This document shows positions 35,442-48,109 of a DNA stretch of 64,000 nt, piece by piece. The stretch is from Negaprion brevirostris. Lineage: Eukaryota. The stretch lies in the NCBI GenBank assembly GCA_030324005.1, contig JARDVH010000001.1, positions 103,665,122 to 103,729,121 on the forward strand, in the 5' to 3' direction. Under the pieces are notes generated by a model, which searched no databases, had not been told where the DNA came from, and saw only the letters and a program-made list of their open reading frames with translations. The position numbers and the translations under genes were made by a program. Position 1 is the stretch's first letter; every line of letters begins with the position of its first letter.

Positions 35442-35709
35442 TCATGACGTAGAGATGCCGGTGTTGCCGGGTGAGTGTGCATAAAGTGTTTTTGAAGTGA
35501 ATCTGTGATACCAGAGCAGAAAAGAAAGTTCATGCACAAATGGACATCCATGATGTAGAGAACCTGATATAGATAGATGTGTCTTTATACGCCCTTCTCT
35601 GATCAGAACCTTCCACACACCTGATGAAGGAACACCGTTTCCGAAAACTTGTGGGATTACTATCAAATAAATTGGTTGGACTTAAACCTGGAGTTGTGAG
35701 ACTTCTTAC
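35442..35709 (+). mobile_element. Penelope-like terminal-repeat insertion with captured local DNA
   Basis: Exact 14-bp direct repeat CGTATAATTTAGAG at 35428-35441 and 35710-35723; PLE-type end AAATAAATTGGTTGGACTTAAACCTGGAGTTGTGAGACTTCTTAC. Confidence 0.8.
35614..35656 (+). ncRNA. Minimal hammerhead-ribozyme-like motif (PLE type), probably decayed
   Basis: CACAC-CTGATGA-A-GGAA(CACCGT)TTCC-GAAA-ACTT-GTG: both conserved core boxes and stem II present; the stem III palindrome is imperfect. Confidence 0.6.
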
Positions 35710-36595
35710 CGTATAATTTAGAGAACAGCATAGAGGTCAGGGCTGCATGAGATGAGACACTGGGCATGAGTGGGATATTGCTGGGGCATGAGACTAAGAT
35801 GGAGCCGGTGTCAGATTGCAGAAAACAAGGTCATATAGGGATTATTCTGCAAAGGACTCAGCTCGGATGGGACATCTATGGCCAATAGGAAGCCTGCCTG
35901 AAAGCCAGTGGTCAGAAAGCATGGGCTGATGTCCCAATGTTTGTGTGGGGCAGTGGATGCTTAGATTGCTGCTATCATGTCTATGCATTCTAATATTCAA
36001 AGGGGAGATATTACAGCAATAAAGAAATCAACCAGCAGCTAACCTGTAAGCAACTTGTGTTCCTTTAAATGGCACTGGTGCGAATCCTTTCTTACTGATG
36101 AAAACTTGTTCAGTTGTGCAAGCTTAAGAGTGTTGACCCAAGCATTGGCACCAAAACCAGCATTGCAGACTGATGACAACCTGATCATAATTCCTGTGGT
36201 CAACGGGTATGTTCGTGCTGGTGCCCTCACCAAGTTAGAATCAGGTATGATTTGCCCCACAAGTGTGCACGTTCACCAGAGATTGCAACTTCTGACTCTA
36301 GTCTAAGGCTATTTGCAGTGCTGAAAAAGAGGCACAATTTATCCTAATTTTTAGCCCAGTTTATCTGTTTATTTTAACACTTAAAGTCTCCAGTTTAATT
36401 TTTTGAAGGCATGTTTTAAATGAATGCTCCTAATTCCATGGCACCTGAACATTGGATAAGGAGAGGGTGAGTGTGCACAATGTGTTTTTGAAGTGAATCT
36501 GTGATACCAGAGCAGAAAAGAAAGTTCATGCACAAATGGACATCCATGGCATAAGAAGCCATTTGTTGGGAACTTACTTCAATATTATGTAGAAG

Positions 36596-36745
36596 TTAAG
36601 AAAGACATGCATTCATACAATGCCTTTCATGGTATTGGAGGTACCCCAAAGCATCCCCTAGCCACTACTATTTTATGAAATGTGGTGGCGGTTATAATCT
36701 AAGAAATGTGGCAGCCAATTTGCATACTGCAAGGTCTCACAAACC
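36596..36745 (-). mobile_element. SacSINE1-type DeuSINE, 3' fragment
   Basis: AAAGACATGCATTCATACAATGCCTTTCATG...GCAGCCAATTTGCATACTGCAAGGTCTCACAAAC, reverse complement of the 59265 copy's 3' half. Confidence 0.75.
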
Positions 36746-37175
36746 ATCCCACTCATCTTCAAAGAGTGTCATGGGACCTATCAGGGAGGGTGATTCTAAC
36801 TCTCAGGATGGTGGACGCCGTCCTGAAAATTCAGGCCATTGGTTTTTGGGTATTTTTGTCAGGTAACACTTGTTAGAGTGATCTTCAGGTGATTGGAGGT
36901 TGTAATGTTCAGAGTGCAAAATGTACCAAAGATTGATACATTCCATCCTGCCCAGGTACAGGGGCATAACCGTATTGGGAGATAGCACAGGTTACAGGTC
37001 ATTTCAAAGATTAGTGGACAGCAGTGAGTAAATAACAACCGGTAGACAACAGACAGAAAGAAGAGTCCAGGCAATGGAAGTGCTGCCATTCACTCCATGC
37101 TGATGATGTGTCTGGCTCACACAGAGACCCTGAAGCAGTTGTTAGCGGCACTGTGCCTGTGTTTTGATACTATAT

Positions 37176-37772
37176 TGTAGCCTGACCATTACAGGGAAAT
37201 GCAGTCTCAGTGGTAGTCAAGCTCATCTGGAAAAGAGAATCAGAAGGCTGGATCTGGGAGCAGATTTGAGAGAGATCTAGTCTAGTGTGAGTTTTGAGTG
37301 AAGGTTTTACTCATGGAGCTCGGCTGGAGTAGAGGGGTTGTCAGCTAAAGATCAGATGGGAGTGGAGCAAAAATTCCTCTTGAAGACAACAGAGGTTTGA
37401 AGACTTTTGTGGCTCATAGTGAGGACTAACGTCTGGGTGGGTTGCTGATACATTTGTGGGACCTAACTTAGTTGTGTCTGCCATTTAATGTGCAGTTTGT
37501 GGTGTATCCAACCACAGTTTGTCTGTTAATTCATGGTTAGCTCATGTTAATTCTGTATGCCAGAGAATAAGATAAAGTATTGACTGTTTATTGTTGATTT
37601 TTGTATGGTAAACTGCATATTCAAAACCATGGAATCTTGTGGCTTTACTCTCAGTGTAAGCAACTGGAATTTCTAATTTTGTCTACTTCAATTAAAAAAA
37701 AAGTTACTGGTCCCTAATCAGATTTTAACAAATTTGTGGGTATCGTTTGGGAGTCTGGCCTGGAATCGTAAT
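37176..37772 (+). mobile_element. Probable LTR remnant
   Basis: Starts TGTAG; ends TTTTAACA followed by TGTGGGTATCGTTTGGGA, resembling a decayed tRNA-Pro primer-binding site (TGGGGGCTCGTCCGGGA). No target duplication seen. Confidence 0.5.
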
Positions 37773-38864
37773 GTTAAGTATTACAAAGACATCAGAATAT
37801 ATACATTGGGAAGAGGCCATTGGCCCATATTCCAGCCTTTCCATCAGACGTTTATAATCTGCACTATTGTGGACTCAACTCCACCCACTGAATCTCCTGA
37901 AGGATAATTCTGCCTAAATACCTCCTGATTCCATGCTTTTGAGATGTGCCATCGACCCTGGTTGTCAGCGCTCCACAGATAATATCCCACTGGCCCCTGT
38001 AGCTCAGGAACCACAATTACTTCAATCTATAATTAACACTAAAACCTACAATTTCAATTCCAACCAGATGTTTATCAAACTTTTTCTCCTGAAGGAACTA
38101 AATGACACAATGCCAGCTGTTGTCATTAAGAATTTTAGTCACATATCCAGAAGTATTTTTGTTGCCGGGGTGTGGGGGGGCACGGATGGGTTGTGGGGGG
38201 TAGTATTTTCTAGTTTTGTTTCAGCCTTGTTTATTTTGAACTCATGCATTCTGGTTTTGTCTTCATAGTTCAAGTGGTAACAGCCCAATTAAAGTATAAC
38301 GCCACCTATTCTTTCCTCAAGAAAAAGAATTAAATATACAAGGTCTCCAAATGATGGGAAAGAAGTCCCCTTCATTTATGTGACAATTGCTTCCCAAACC
38401 TGCATGCTGATTCTGTTTGGCGTTTTGAAAAACAGGATTTGTGTTTCCCTTCCATTTATGGTATCCAATGGCAGCCAATCGAGTTTTGCAAGTCTTCCAT
38501 GAAGGTGAATTTCCACTCGATTGCCCAAATTGTCAACCATATTTTCAGCAACAGACCCATGGGAATCCTGAGAGAACTGCGAAGATAGCTTTTACATGGT
38601 TTATCTGGGAGTTCCACAGTACTTGCAACATGGTTACAGCAGGAGTGCTCCCACATTGGTTCACCTCCCCTTTCTGAAAGCCCTAGGTTCAAAATCATTA
38701 GTAACACTTTTCTGTGAACTCTTACCAATGTCCTCTTGAAGGTAGGATGGCCAAAATGTCAAACATTATTGCAAATGTGGTCCAGACATCATACAAGGCT
38801 AAAATAGCTTGTTTGAATAACCAGGGTGAATGTTTGTCTTTAGTGTTAGTACTGCAGAATTATA

Positions 38865-39158
38865 GGGGGGAATTCTCCGACCTCGCTGCTCCATTATTAG
38901 ACCAATGTTTCTGGCATGACTGGCTGTGAATGCAGCATTGGTGCTTAAATGAAGCTCCCCTTGTTAACGGCGCACAGCTGTGGCCATCTCAGGCGAGTCA
39001 TGCGCCTGGACACTCCATAACGGTGTGTTTCATGTGGTGGCCGTGTGATGTGTACTAAGTGTCAGTGAATGGCAGTGTGGAGAACGCCAAGGAGACCAAA
39101 ACAGATCACTCCTGTTTTCTAGCCATTATGACAGAAATACTTTGGGAGAATTTCGCCC
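38865..39158. mobile_element. Harbinger-type MITE (294 bp)
   Basis: TIRs GGGGGGAATTCTCC / GGAGAATTTCGCCC. Confidence 0.75.
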
Positions 39159-40527
39159 TACTTTTGCCGTGTGGGCAGGTCGGAATCCTAAGGCCCAAAT
39201 GATTTTCAAACCTTCCTCTTTAACATTCCAGGCACACAATTTAACAAGTGCAAATTCATGAATACTCATCCAGTGTGCAAAGGTGCTGTGCTAAAAGAAC
39301 TAACTATAAACATTTATCTCACAGACAAATACTCATGAGATGCATCTCAATCGTTGATTAGCCTGGCTGCTGGCAATGCTGCATTTCATAGAAACGTGCA
39401 GTGAACGATCAATAATCAATCTTTTCCCATCTTTGCTAATAGAAGTCCCTTCATCATGCACAGATTTGTCATGCTGAGAGGAAATGTACAGATAATGAAA
39501 TGAATGCCCTGTTCAGATGATGTCACAGACTTACAATAAATTCTGGAACACACTTGGAAAGAGTCCTGTGAATGGGGAAAATAATAGCACAGCTTCTGCA
39601 AAATAAATGCAGCATTTAATGTGTTCGCACATAAATCTGATTCAACTACTCAGAACTTGTGTGGACTTGACCATATACAAATGCTAACATGCAAGTCAAT
39701 CGGCAAGCACACTTTATGGCTGCCACACATAGTCAGATGTATTCACAGTCACATTGGATAGCAGCACCAAGTACAGAAATTCATTGTTCTGTTAAAGTGC
39801 AGAATATATAGAAAACTAATCAGATGATAATAATAACACATTTCACATATTACCCTTCATTTTATTATGCTGATCAAATAAACTCCATAAAATATTTTAT
39901 ATTTTTAGCTTTTTTAATGCATAAATTACATGGTATAAAGAAGGAAAATGGGATTCTTGGCATTTCTATTCTTGGGTTCTTACTCGCAAATTAATAACAT
40001 TCTGTGACATATGATAATTTTATTGAAATAGGAATTATAGTGCTTGTCCATGAGTCATGCTACAATCACATATTACACCTGGACATATGTACAAATTATT
40101 TCAGTGCCTCAATGTGGTTCATGTTTGACGCTGAGACTAAGATTTCATCATGGAAGTAGGAACTGGAAGCCAGGAGCTTTCTCAGTATCAAGATGTATCT
40201 CACCCAGAACATGGGGTTTTCATCCAGTGGAGGCAAAGATGGCCTCATGTCAGCCTTGCAGCCAGGCAGAGCTGGAAAAGGCTGATGCTAAGGTGGCTAG
40301 GGTAAAAAGCTTGCTCTCTTTGTAGAGATATTGGTTCAGTTCTGCAGGTCAGTCCTTACCCTCTCATCCTTACCCCACTCACCAGCTCATTCCTCTTGAG
40401 CTAACCCTCCTCTCCACACTCCTCCAAAACAAACGCCTAGTATTCATCATAAACTTAACTCAAAATCCTACAATAAAATCTGGAAGACATTGAAAAGTTC
40501 ATAGGTAAGTCAAAATAAACAAATTTG

Positions 40528-40835
40528 GAGTGACACGGTAGCACAGTGGTTAGCACAGTTCTGCTGCCTCACAGCTTCAGGGACCTGGGCTCGATTCCCA
40601 CCTTGCACATTCTCCCTGTGTTGATGTAGGGTTTCTTCCAGGTGCTTTGATTTCCTCCCACAATCCAAAGATGTGCGTGTTAGGTTGATGGGCCGTGCTA
40701 AATTGCATAGGTTAAAGGGATTAGAGGGGTAAATATGTGAGATTACGGGGATAGGGTCTGGGTGGGATTGCTGTCAGTGCAGACTCACTGGGCCAAATGG
40801 CCTCCTTTGTGCTATAAGGATTCTGTGATTCTATG
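40528..40835 (+). mobile_element. HE1-type V-SINE
   Basis: GGTAGCACAGTGGTTAGCAC head, V-domain, tail TGGGCCAAATGGCCTCC...GGATTCTGTGATTCTATG. Confidence 0.9.
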
Positions 40836-43800
40836 TAATATTACTTGTAAATTCATTTAAAACCAATTTCCTCTTCAGAAGCTTATACATCTGTAAAAAT
40901 GAGCAAACATTACTTGAATATCCAGTGAACAATCATTCAGAAGTTCATAAGCCTATGAAAATACCCAAGCTAATATTTCTCTGAACAACCGTGTAAACAA
41001 ACCTTGCTGAACAGGATCTATTGGAGCCTTTGAAGACAGCCAGAAGTTTGGATATCTGTCAAAGCTTTGATATAGCTGAACAGATTGCTGAACTGTTCAT
41101 TAAAGATTTTGTGAACAGATAGCTAAGCTGAATGTCAAAGGAAAATATAAGCAATGGGACATTTCACACAATCAGCTCTAGATTTCAAACTGGGATAGTA
41201 TTTTAACATTATTAAATGAAAAAAAACACTGTTTTTGATGACCTACACTAATGTATTTAAATGATTTTCCACATTCACATTCAGATTGGGATAGATAGCA
41301 TTTCAATATTATATAATTGTCAATCTGATGATCTATACTTTTTCACTTTCAAGGTGCTAGTCTTTTCCTTGACAGCTTACGAGTTGTCAGAGGTAACAAT
41401 GTGAAAACCACATTATTTAGCAGTCACTTATCTTTTCAAATGACAGCATTGTCATCTCTCACAAACAAATACAACTTAGACTTCAGCATTCCGTAATGAC
41501 ATGTGAAGTTGGCAATACATTTTGCATTGGGTTTCTGCCTCAAAACAAAGGTTCTGAACAATACTCTGCTTGAGTGATTTACATCAGCTACCAAAACCCA
41601 CCAGCTTCTAATAGAATCGTGGAAGTTCCAAAATGCCCACTTTGAAAATGTCAAGACAGCAGCATGCAAACTCCCAACTCGACCCTTTTCCAGATAGATG
41701 AAGACTACTGACGCTGGAAATGGGGACGGGAATCCTAGATATGAGCCCCGCTCACATTTTCACAGCTTTCCCCATGTACTTTGGTTCTGTGTTAGGATGG
41801 GAAACTCCAATACTGAAGAAAGGAAAATGATCACATCCATTATCGATGATGCCTGTGTTCCTCTGATGCATGATTCAAACTGATCTATCAACAACACACA
41901 GCAAGTCTTTTCCTGAAAGATTTTCGTTGGCATTAAATCAAAATGCAAAATTGCTTTTAATTGTTGAGGTGGTGGGGGGTTGACTTTTAAATCAATCAAT
42001 TTAAACCTTGCTTCCATTTGTAATGTCCCCTACAAATAGAAAAATGGACCTTTTGAGTCAATGAACCTCACTTGGCCAACACAGGAAATATCATTTATAA
42101 TCAGTACCATTTGTCAAAGGAAAATCAAGGGCTACATTTTAAAAAATGATTTGTGTGGCATTTGAAACATTGCATGCATGAAATTTTACCTAGCACTTTA
42201 CAAAAGCATTTCACATGTATCTTATACTGCAGTTTTAAAACATGAATTTTATGATTTTTTTTGTGTTGATCACAGTGAGGATCCTTGACTCTGTTCAATG
42301 GATCATTTCTCTGTTAGTGTCATGAGGGGGGCATTATAACTGGGAGCAGAGTTTAAACTGATTGACTTAAAAGTCAAACCCCTTACCCCTGCAGCTCCCC
42401 ACCCCCACCCCACCATCCCCCTTCCCCCAACAATTTGAGAATTTGAGACTAGGGCATTTTTAACTCCATAAACAATATTTACATCCATCAGATACCTGCC
42501 TACTCTAAAGGGTGGAGACAATTGGCCAATTGCTGGGGAATGAATACTGGGTGGCCTCTCTGGACTGGCCTCTAGCAGTTGGGTTAGTGGTCACAGGGTT
42601 AGTGGTTTCAGTAGGGACATGCAGGTGGGAAATGGGGAGTAGGGATAAGTGAGTGGGAGGATGACTGCACTTCCTGGCTACACATAAAGGTAAGTTTGAA
42701 ACAGCTTCTAAGACCTCCGCCTCCTCTTCAACAGGTTTTAATGAGCCTGATATCTGCGATGATTCTAATGCTATCACATAACTCCATTTTGCATGTAATA
42801 ATAAGGCTGTCTTCTGAGTCAGACAAGTGCCTGACCTCAATGGAAATGAAAATTGGGGAGATATACAAATAATGTCTGAATCCAATATCTGGTTATACGT
42901 TATTGCCCAAGTCAAAATTGCCTCTGGTGATTTAAATCCAGTGAAACATTGACCTTATGCTTGTGCATAACAGCAGTGCTATGCCGGGATACATTTTAGT
43001 TCCTGCCGTAAATACCACTGGGTAAAATAAGAAATAACAATCCTTTTTTAAAAAATATTTCTGTGGTCTGTATTTTATTTCACAAAAATTGGATATGTAG
43101 TAGTGACATTGCACTATGTTTCTCCTTCAATATATGGACTATTAACAGACTATTAAAGTGTAATCTTGTAGCCTTCTATCATGTGTAAGGATTTTGTTTA
43201 ATTTATTTTGACGAAGCAAATTATGAGATCAAAAGAATTCCTATCTATATTGACAAGTGATTAATCCAAGTACCAGTCCCAAAGACTCAGTACTTCTGAT
43301 TCTGCAGTGTACAGATTTTAGGAATTAATTAACGGAAATCCCCAGCAGTCAATTTATGGATATATTATATTGAAATAATCATTTTAATTACTAATTTGAA
43401 AGGTTTAAGTATGACTTTGCATCCTGGGATAATTAAAATTCAGTATTTCCATCTTTCAATTTATGGTCCCAAGGATAGATTACTTTTAAAATTGATCACA
43501 AGCAGAGCAGATATTTTATATTTTGTCAATTGTAAGTGCTCCGTTTAGGGTGCTTTGTCCTTGACCTGCCCAGCGAGGGAGATGTTTTGATTTGCAGCCT
43601 CACTGCGATTGAAGTTAGCCAGTTTCAGGAATGGATTTTAGTGAAATATTGGGTGCCTGAGCCATTAAACCAAAGCTAACCGCATTTTTGTTTCAGAGAA
43701 ATGTGCTACTTTCAGTGATAAAATCTCTTTTTATGTATTTCAAGAGTGACTTAAACAATTCCCACTTTCACTCTTTCAAAATACATTTACTACAGCAAGT

Positions 43801-44522
43801 TAAATGTTATAAAATGAGGTTGCATCTTCCTAAATATCCTTTACAAATATAAATGCATTTTGGATATTTGTTATTCAATAATGAAAACATCTAAATAATT
43901 GAGATTATTAAATTTGTGCGAACATTATCATACCTGCTGCTTTCTGATGTAATTGCTATTTTGCAGAGGGATATAGGCATTCGGATTTTGGGGTAATTCT
44001 TGACTGCTGGACTTATGATAGTATGTGGTAGTCTGTCCTGCAGTCTCCAAGAATTAAAGATTAATGATCTTCACATTTCTGTGGGCAACACAGGAGAACA
44101 ATCACAGCAACACTAAATTATCTGTGTATTTTTTAAAGATTTTCTTTGAATATTTTTGCTTATTAATAGTAATCATATTGGAAACTGATAAAATGCTGTT
44201 TGACTGAGCTGAGAGATCATGTGATGAAGCCTCCAAGGATACATCCATCCATTGTTGGAAGCCTTAGCTTGGGCTGCATCCATTATCCAAATTAATTAGC
44301 TCAGGATAAGAACATTTCGCAGTATAAAGTAGATTTATTTACATTAGGATAAGATATTCTTTGGAAGTCAAAATCATAATTCTTATTCATGCTCATTAGA
44401 CGAAACTGCTTCTAGATTTTCATCTGACCATATGCCTGAGTGTGGCTTCTACCACATGCTATGTTCATGCTAATATGATTTGGCAGTCAAATGATTTGGA
44501 TGGTAAAAGCAATGCAACAGAA

Positions 44523-44682
44523 TAGAACCATAGAATCGCTACAGTGCAGAAGTCCATTCGACCCATCGAGTCTGCACCGACCACGATCCCACCCAGATCC
44601 TTATTCCCTTAACCCCACACATTCACCCTGCTAATCCCCCTGACACTAGGGTCAATTTAGCATGGCCAATCCACCTAACCTC
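44523..44682 (-). mobile_element. HE1-type SINE, 3' half
   Basis: TAGAACCATAGAATC...CCCATCGAGTCTGCACCGACC...TTAGCATGGCCAATCCACCTAACC. Confidence 0.85.
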
Positions 44683-45014
44683 ATAGTACCCAAAGTTGCA
44701 TGAAGTTTTGACTTTCTGAATTCTTCCTGTAATTGCTAACAATACAAGTGTCAAATTGAAACTGCCTATAGATCACTGACTTTGGCTGAAATTAGCAGAG
44801 CTTCTGAATCTGTAAATAATGGATGTTTATTTACTGAATTGCATTAAGTAGCCAACATGATTAATGTGTTTTAATTTGAAATGGAGTCATGTGATAATGA
44901 CAAATAATTAGCACCAGTTTTACAAAGTAACAGTTATTTGGGACAACCACAGGCTCTGTTGGACAAGGACAGTTATTTCTTGAGGTGCCTGTCCACTCCT
45001 AATCTAAACGTGTA

Positions 45015-46560
45015 CAGATTTACAATGCAGAAAAAAATCATTTGGTTCATTGGGCTCATGCTGGTTCTTGGCCAATGTTTTCCAAAATGAATCCCACTCC
45101 TGTGCTTTCTCCAAGAAACCTTGAGTCATTCTCTGGCTTAAATATTTATCAGCTCTTGCCCCCTTCACCTGATTTTCTCCCAATGGTAAAGTATTCCCAG
45201 CTTCAATAATTCTGTGTGAAGATATTTTTTCAAAATTCTTTCCCTGTGCTTCATACGGTTCTTTTAAATTAATGATCTTTTCTTATCAAATCCCGAGCTA
45301 AAATAAATGGAGGAGACCATTTTAATGAGGAGCACTTTTTCTCAATGCTGAGGAAGAGTGCCTTTCTGCACCCGGTGGTCTCCCACATCCTGCAGATTAA
45401 ATGCTACGCAAAAATAGACGGAAAAAGGCAACTGATGGCAGGCAGTTAGAAAATGTTATGCCAATGACTAGGAGGTAAATGATGGAGAAGGATTCCCAGC
45501 AGAATCTCATAAGAATGTAGGGTTATGGGTGCGATTATGGGGGCATCTTGGGACCAAAACTACCCTGGTTCCTCAAGTTTAAGACATTTACGATGTGTGG
45601 TAGCAAGGTGGCACAGTGGTTAGCACTGCTGCCTCACAGCACCAGAGACCCGGGTTCAATTCCCTTCTTGGTCATCATCTGTGCGGAGACTGCACTTTCT
45701 CCCTGTGTCTGTGTGCGTTTCCTCTGGATGCTTCAGTTTCCTCCCACAGTCCAAAAGACATGTTGGTTAAGTGCATTGGCCATGCTAAATTCTCTCTCAG
45801 TGTGCCCGAACAGGTGCAGGAGTGTGGCAACTCGGGGATTTTTACAGTAACTTTATTGCAGTGTTAATGTAAGTCTACTTGTGACTAATAAATAAACTTA
45901 AACTTACCTTGTGTGGCCTTTTCAGCCTTCATAAAAATTCTCATTGAATGGGGAGGTTGCGGTGGGCACCCTGCTCAGATTGCAGCTATCTGTTATTAAT
46001 GAAATAAAAACCCGATTTACAAACATGTAGGTGATGCCCACATGATTTACGTGGCTGCCTCATGTATTGCCAAGAAGTGCAGCGTCAAATCCCTGCAGTA
46101 CAGACGATTGACCTGTTCACTTTCAATTCCTCTGGGCTGAGCTATTTTCCCTAATGTCTTTCTCCATACACAGAATGAAAGTCCCTTTCAATTTTAAAAC
46201 CAACTATTAAATTTCCTCTTGGATTTCCATGCTCCAGCAAAAAGGGTTCAAATCTCACCTTATCAAAATAGTTTTCTATTTCTGATGAATCTATGGTGTG
46301 TGTTGTCTATGGTTTTAATGTCCTCTTGACAATGGGGGGCCTGAAACTGAAAATAATATTCCTAACCATTGTCTTGTATAAATTTATAATTTCCTCTTAG
46401 CTCTTTCACTGTGTGGATCGATAAATAGAATTGGCCTTTTTTATGACTTTATTTGCTGGCACTCATAACATCAAAGAAGATTGCATTTCACCTACTTTCT
46501 ATTCCTGCATAACCTTCAGTGTCTTTACGTCAAACTTTAGAGGACAAGGTTCCTGATTAG
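45015..46560 (-). mobile_element. Old CR1 3' remnant split by a GC-richer insertion (about 45290-46130) that contains a V-SINE
   Basis: CR1-like minus-strand pieces at 45015-45280 and 46140-46560; highly decayed. Confidence 0.45.
45598..45904 (+). mobile_element. V-SINE variant, full length with alternative tail
   Basis: HE1-like head and V-domain, then CAGTGTGCCCGAACAGGTGCAGGAGTGTGGCAACTCGGGGATTTTTACAGTAAC...TACTTGTGACTAATAAATAAAC. Confidence 0.9.
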
Positions 46561-47021
46561 GGGCTTCATTTCTGCATTTGAATTCCAGCTTCAACTTTGT
46601 TCATCTTTTGTATTGAAAGAGTTAATCCCTGCATGAACCGGTGTGGTCGTTAGATAGGTTTAATTGGATCAGTGATGCTGTTTGAACTGAGTGACAGATA
46701 GCCACTTAGAAAACACAATGCTTAGTGAAATTGCAGACAACTTCCCTTTCGCTCCTGAGTGTCTTCCGTACTAAATTATGGCACTTCATTGTAACATATG
46801 AAGTAACATTATGGAAACATAGCTGCACTGTGAAATCGTTGCCATGCCATAAGTTCATGATTAAGAAGAATCCTTTCCCTAGAAATCCAGGGCTTTCTTT
46901 CAATATTATCTGAAATAAACCGATTTGATCAGAATTTAGGAATCTGATAGATTGAAAATAATACGAAACATGTTTCTTCAGTATAATAGTATAAATCTCA
47001 TCCTATTTCCAATTGTCTTCA

Positions 47022-47122
47022 TCTCTGACAAGGGGTCATCCAGACTTGGAACATTAGCTCTGTTCTCTCTCCACAGATGCTGCCAGACCTGCTGAGATTT
47101 TCTATCATTTTCTTTTTTTGTT
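47022..47122 (+). mobile_element. Penelope-like terminal fragment with a decayed hammerhead motif
   Basis: CTGACAAGGGGTCATCCAGACTTGGAACATTAGCTCT...CCACAGATGCTGCCAGACCTGCTGAG; same family as 18158. Confidence 0.75.
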
Positions 47123-47289
47123 TGAGCACGTTGCAGGAATTAGCTTTGACATGCAGATGAGGGAAGTCCAGGCTTGTTTCTTAGAATGTGCTTCTGGATT
47201 TGCTAATCTCAGTTGCACCACAGTCCCAGTTGGATGGGGGTGGGGTTTCTACAAATGTCTTTGGTGCTACTTGGTTTTTGGAGAGGATC

Positions 47290-47600
47290 TTAGTGGAGGA
47301 CTGAGAGAATTGATGGAGAGGCAGAGTTGGATGTCAGCAAGAAATCTGCAATCATTGACCAATACGAAGGAATAATGTTCTCACACAGATGAGGAAAAAG
47401 AGACCCAAATATTGATCCTTGAAGAAGATATTTTGGCTTTGATGAGATAACAATGAATGAAATCATGCGAGGGCAGCTCATTGAGCTGAGAATTGAAAAA
47501 GGCATCGGAGAAGAATGGTGTGGTTAGTTGTTTCAAAAGCTACATAAAGGTCAGCAAGAGATACTGCACCATAATCACGATGTCTCTATTTAGGGAAGAA
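47290..47600 (-). mobile_element. L2-like RT remnant
   Basis: QGSIFGSLF (QGSxLGPLLF motif) in ORF 47290-47505, followed by a decayed YADD-like region. Confidence 0.55.
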
Positions 47601-47739
47601 ATTCATTTGTGTATCAGACTGCGCCACTCTCCAGGGCAGGCAGCAATGCAGGCTGTTACCTGTATCTTGTCTGCCCCTGGGGAATTGATGCAAATCTGCT
47701 TGATGCCACTAGCACGATGCAAACAAATTTCTTTCTCAA

Positions 47740-47963
47740 TGATTTGATTTTGATTTGATTTATTATTGTCACGTGTATTAACATAGAGTAAAAAGTATTG
47801 TTCCTTGCATGCTACATGGACAAAATATACCGTTCATAGAGAAGGAAATGAGAGAGTGCAGAATATAGTGTTACAGTCATAGCTAGGGTGTAGAGAAAGG
47901 TCAACTTAATGCAAGGTAAGTCCACTCAAAATTCTGACAGCAGCAGGGAAGAAGCTGTTCTTG
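47740..47963 (-). mobile_element. Rex1/Babar-type LINE 3' end (runs into a gap)
   Basis: Homologous to 49589-49810; terminal (GATTT)n on +. Confidence 0.85.
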
Positions 47964-48109
47964 NNNNNNNNNNNNNNNNNNNNNNNNNNNNNNNNNNNNN
48001 NNNNNNNNNNNNNNNNNNNNNNNNNNNNNNNNNNNNNNNNNNNNNNNNNNNNNNNNNNNNNNNTTTTCTTGTCAATCAGTGAACTTGAAAGGGTTTTTCC
48101 TCACACCTG

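Larger units (their letters stand above)
35188..36040 (+). mobile_element. Harbinger Myb-gene remnant (downstream exons), interrupted by a Penelope-type insertion
   Basis: Acidic EEEQEGTEEEEEPSLDFT-like translation after a CTCTCAG acceptor; the sequence rejoins across 35442-35723. Family assignment from memory. Confidence 0.5.
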
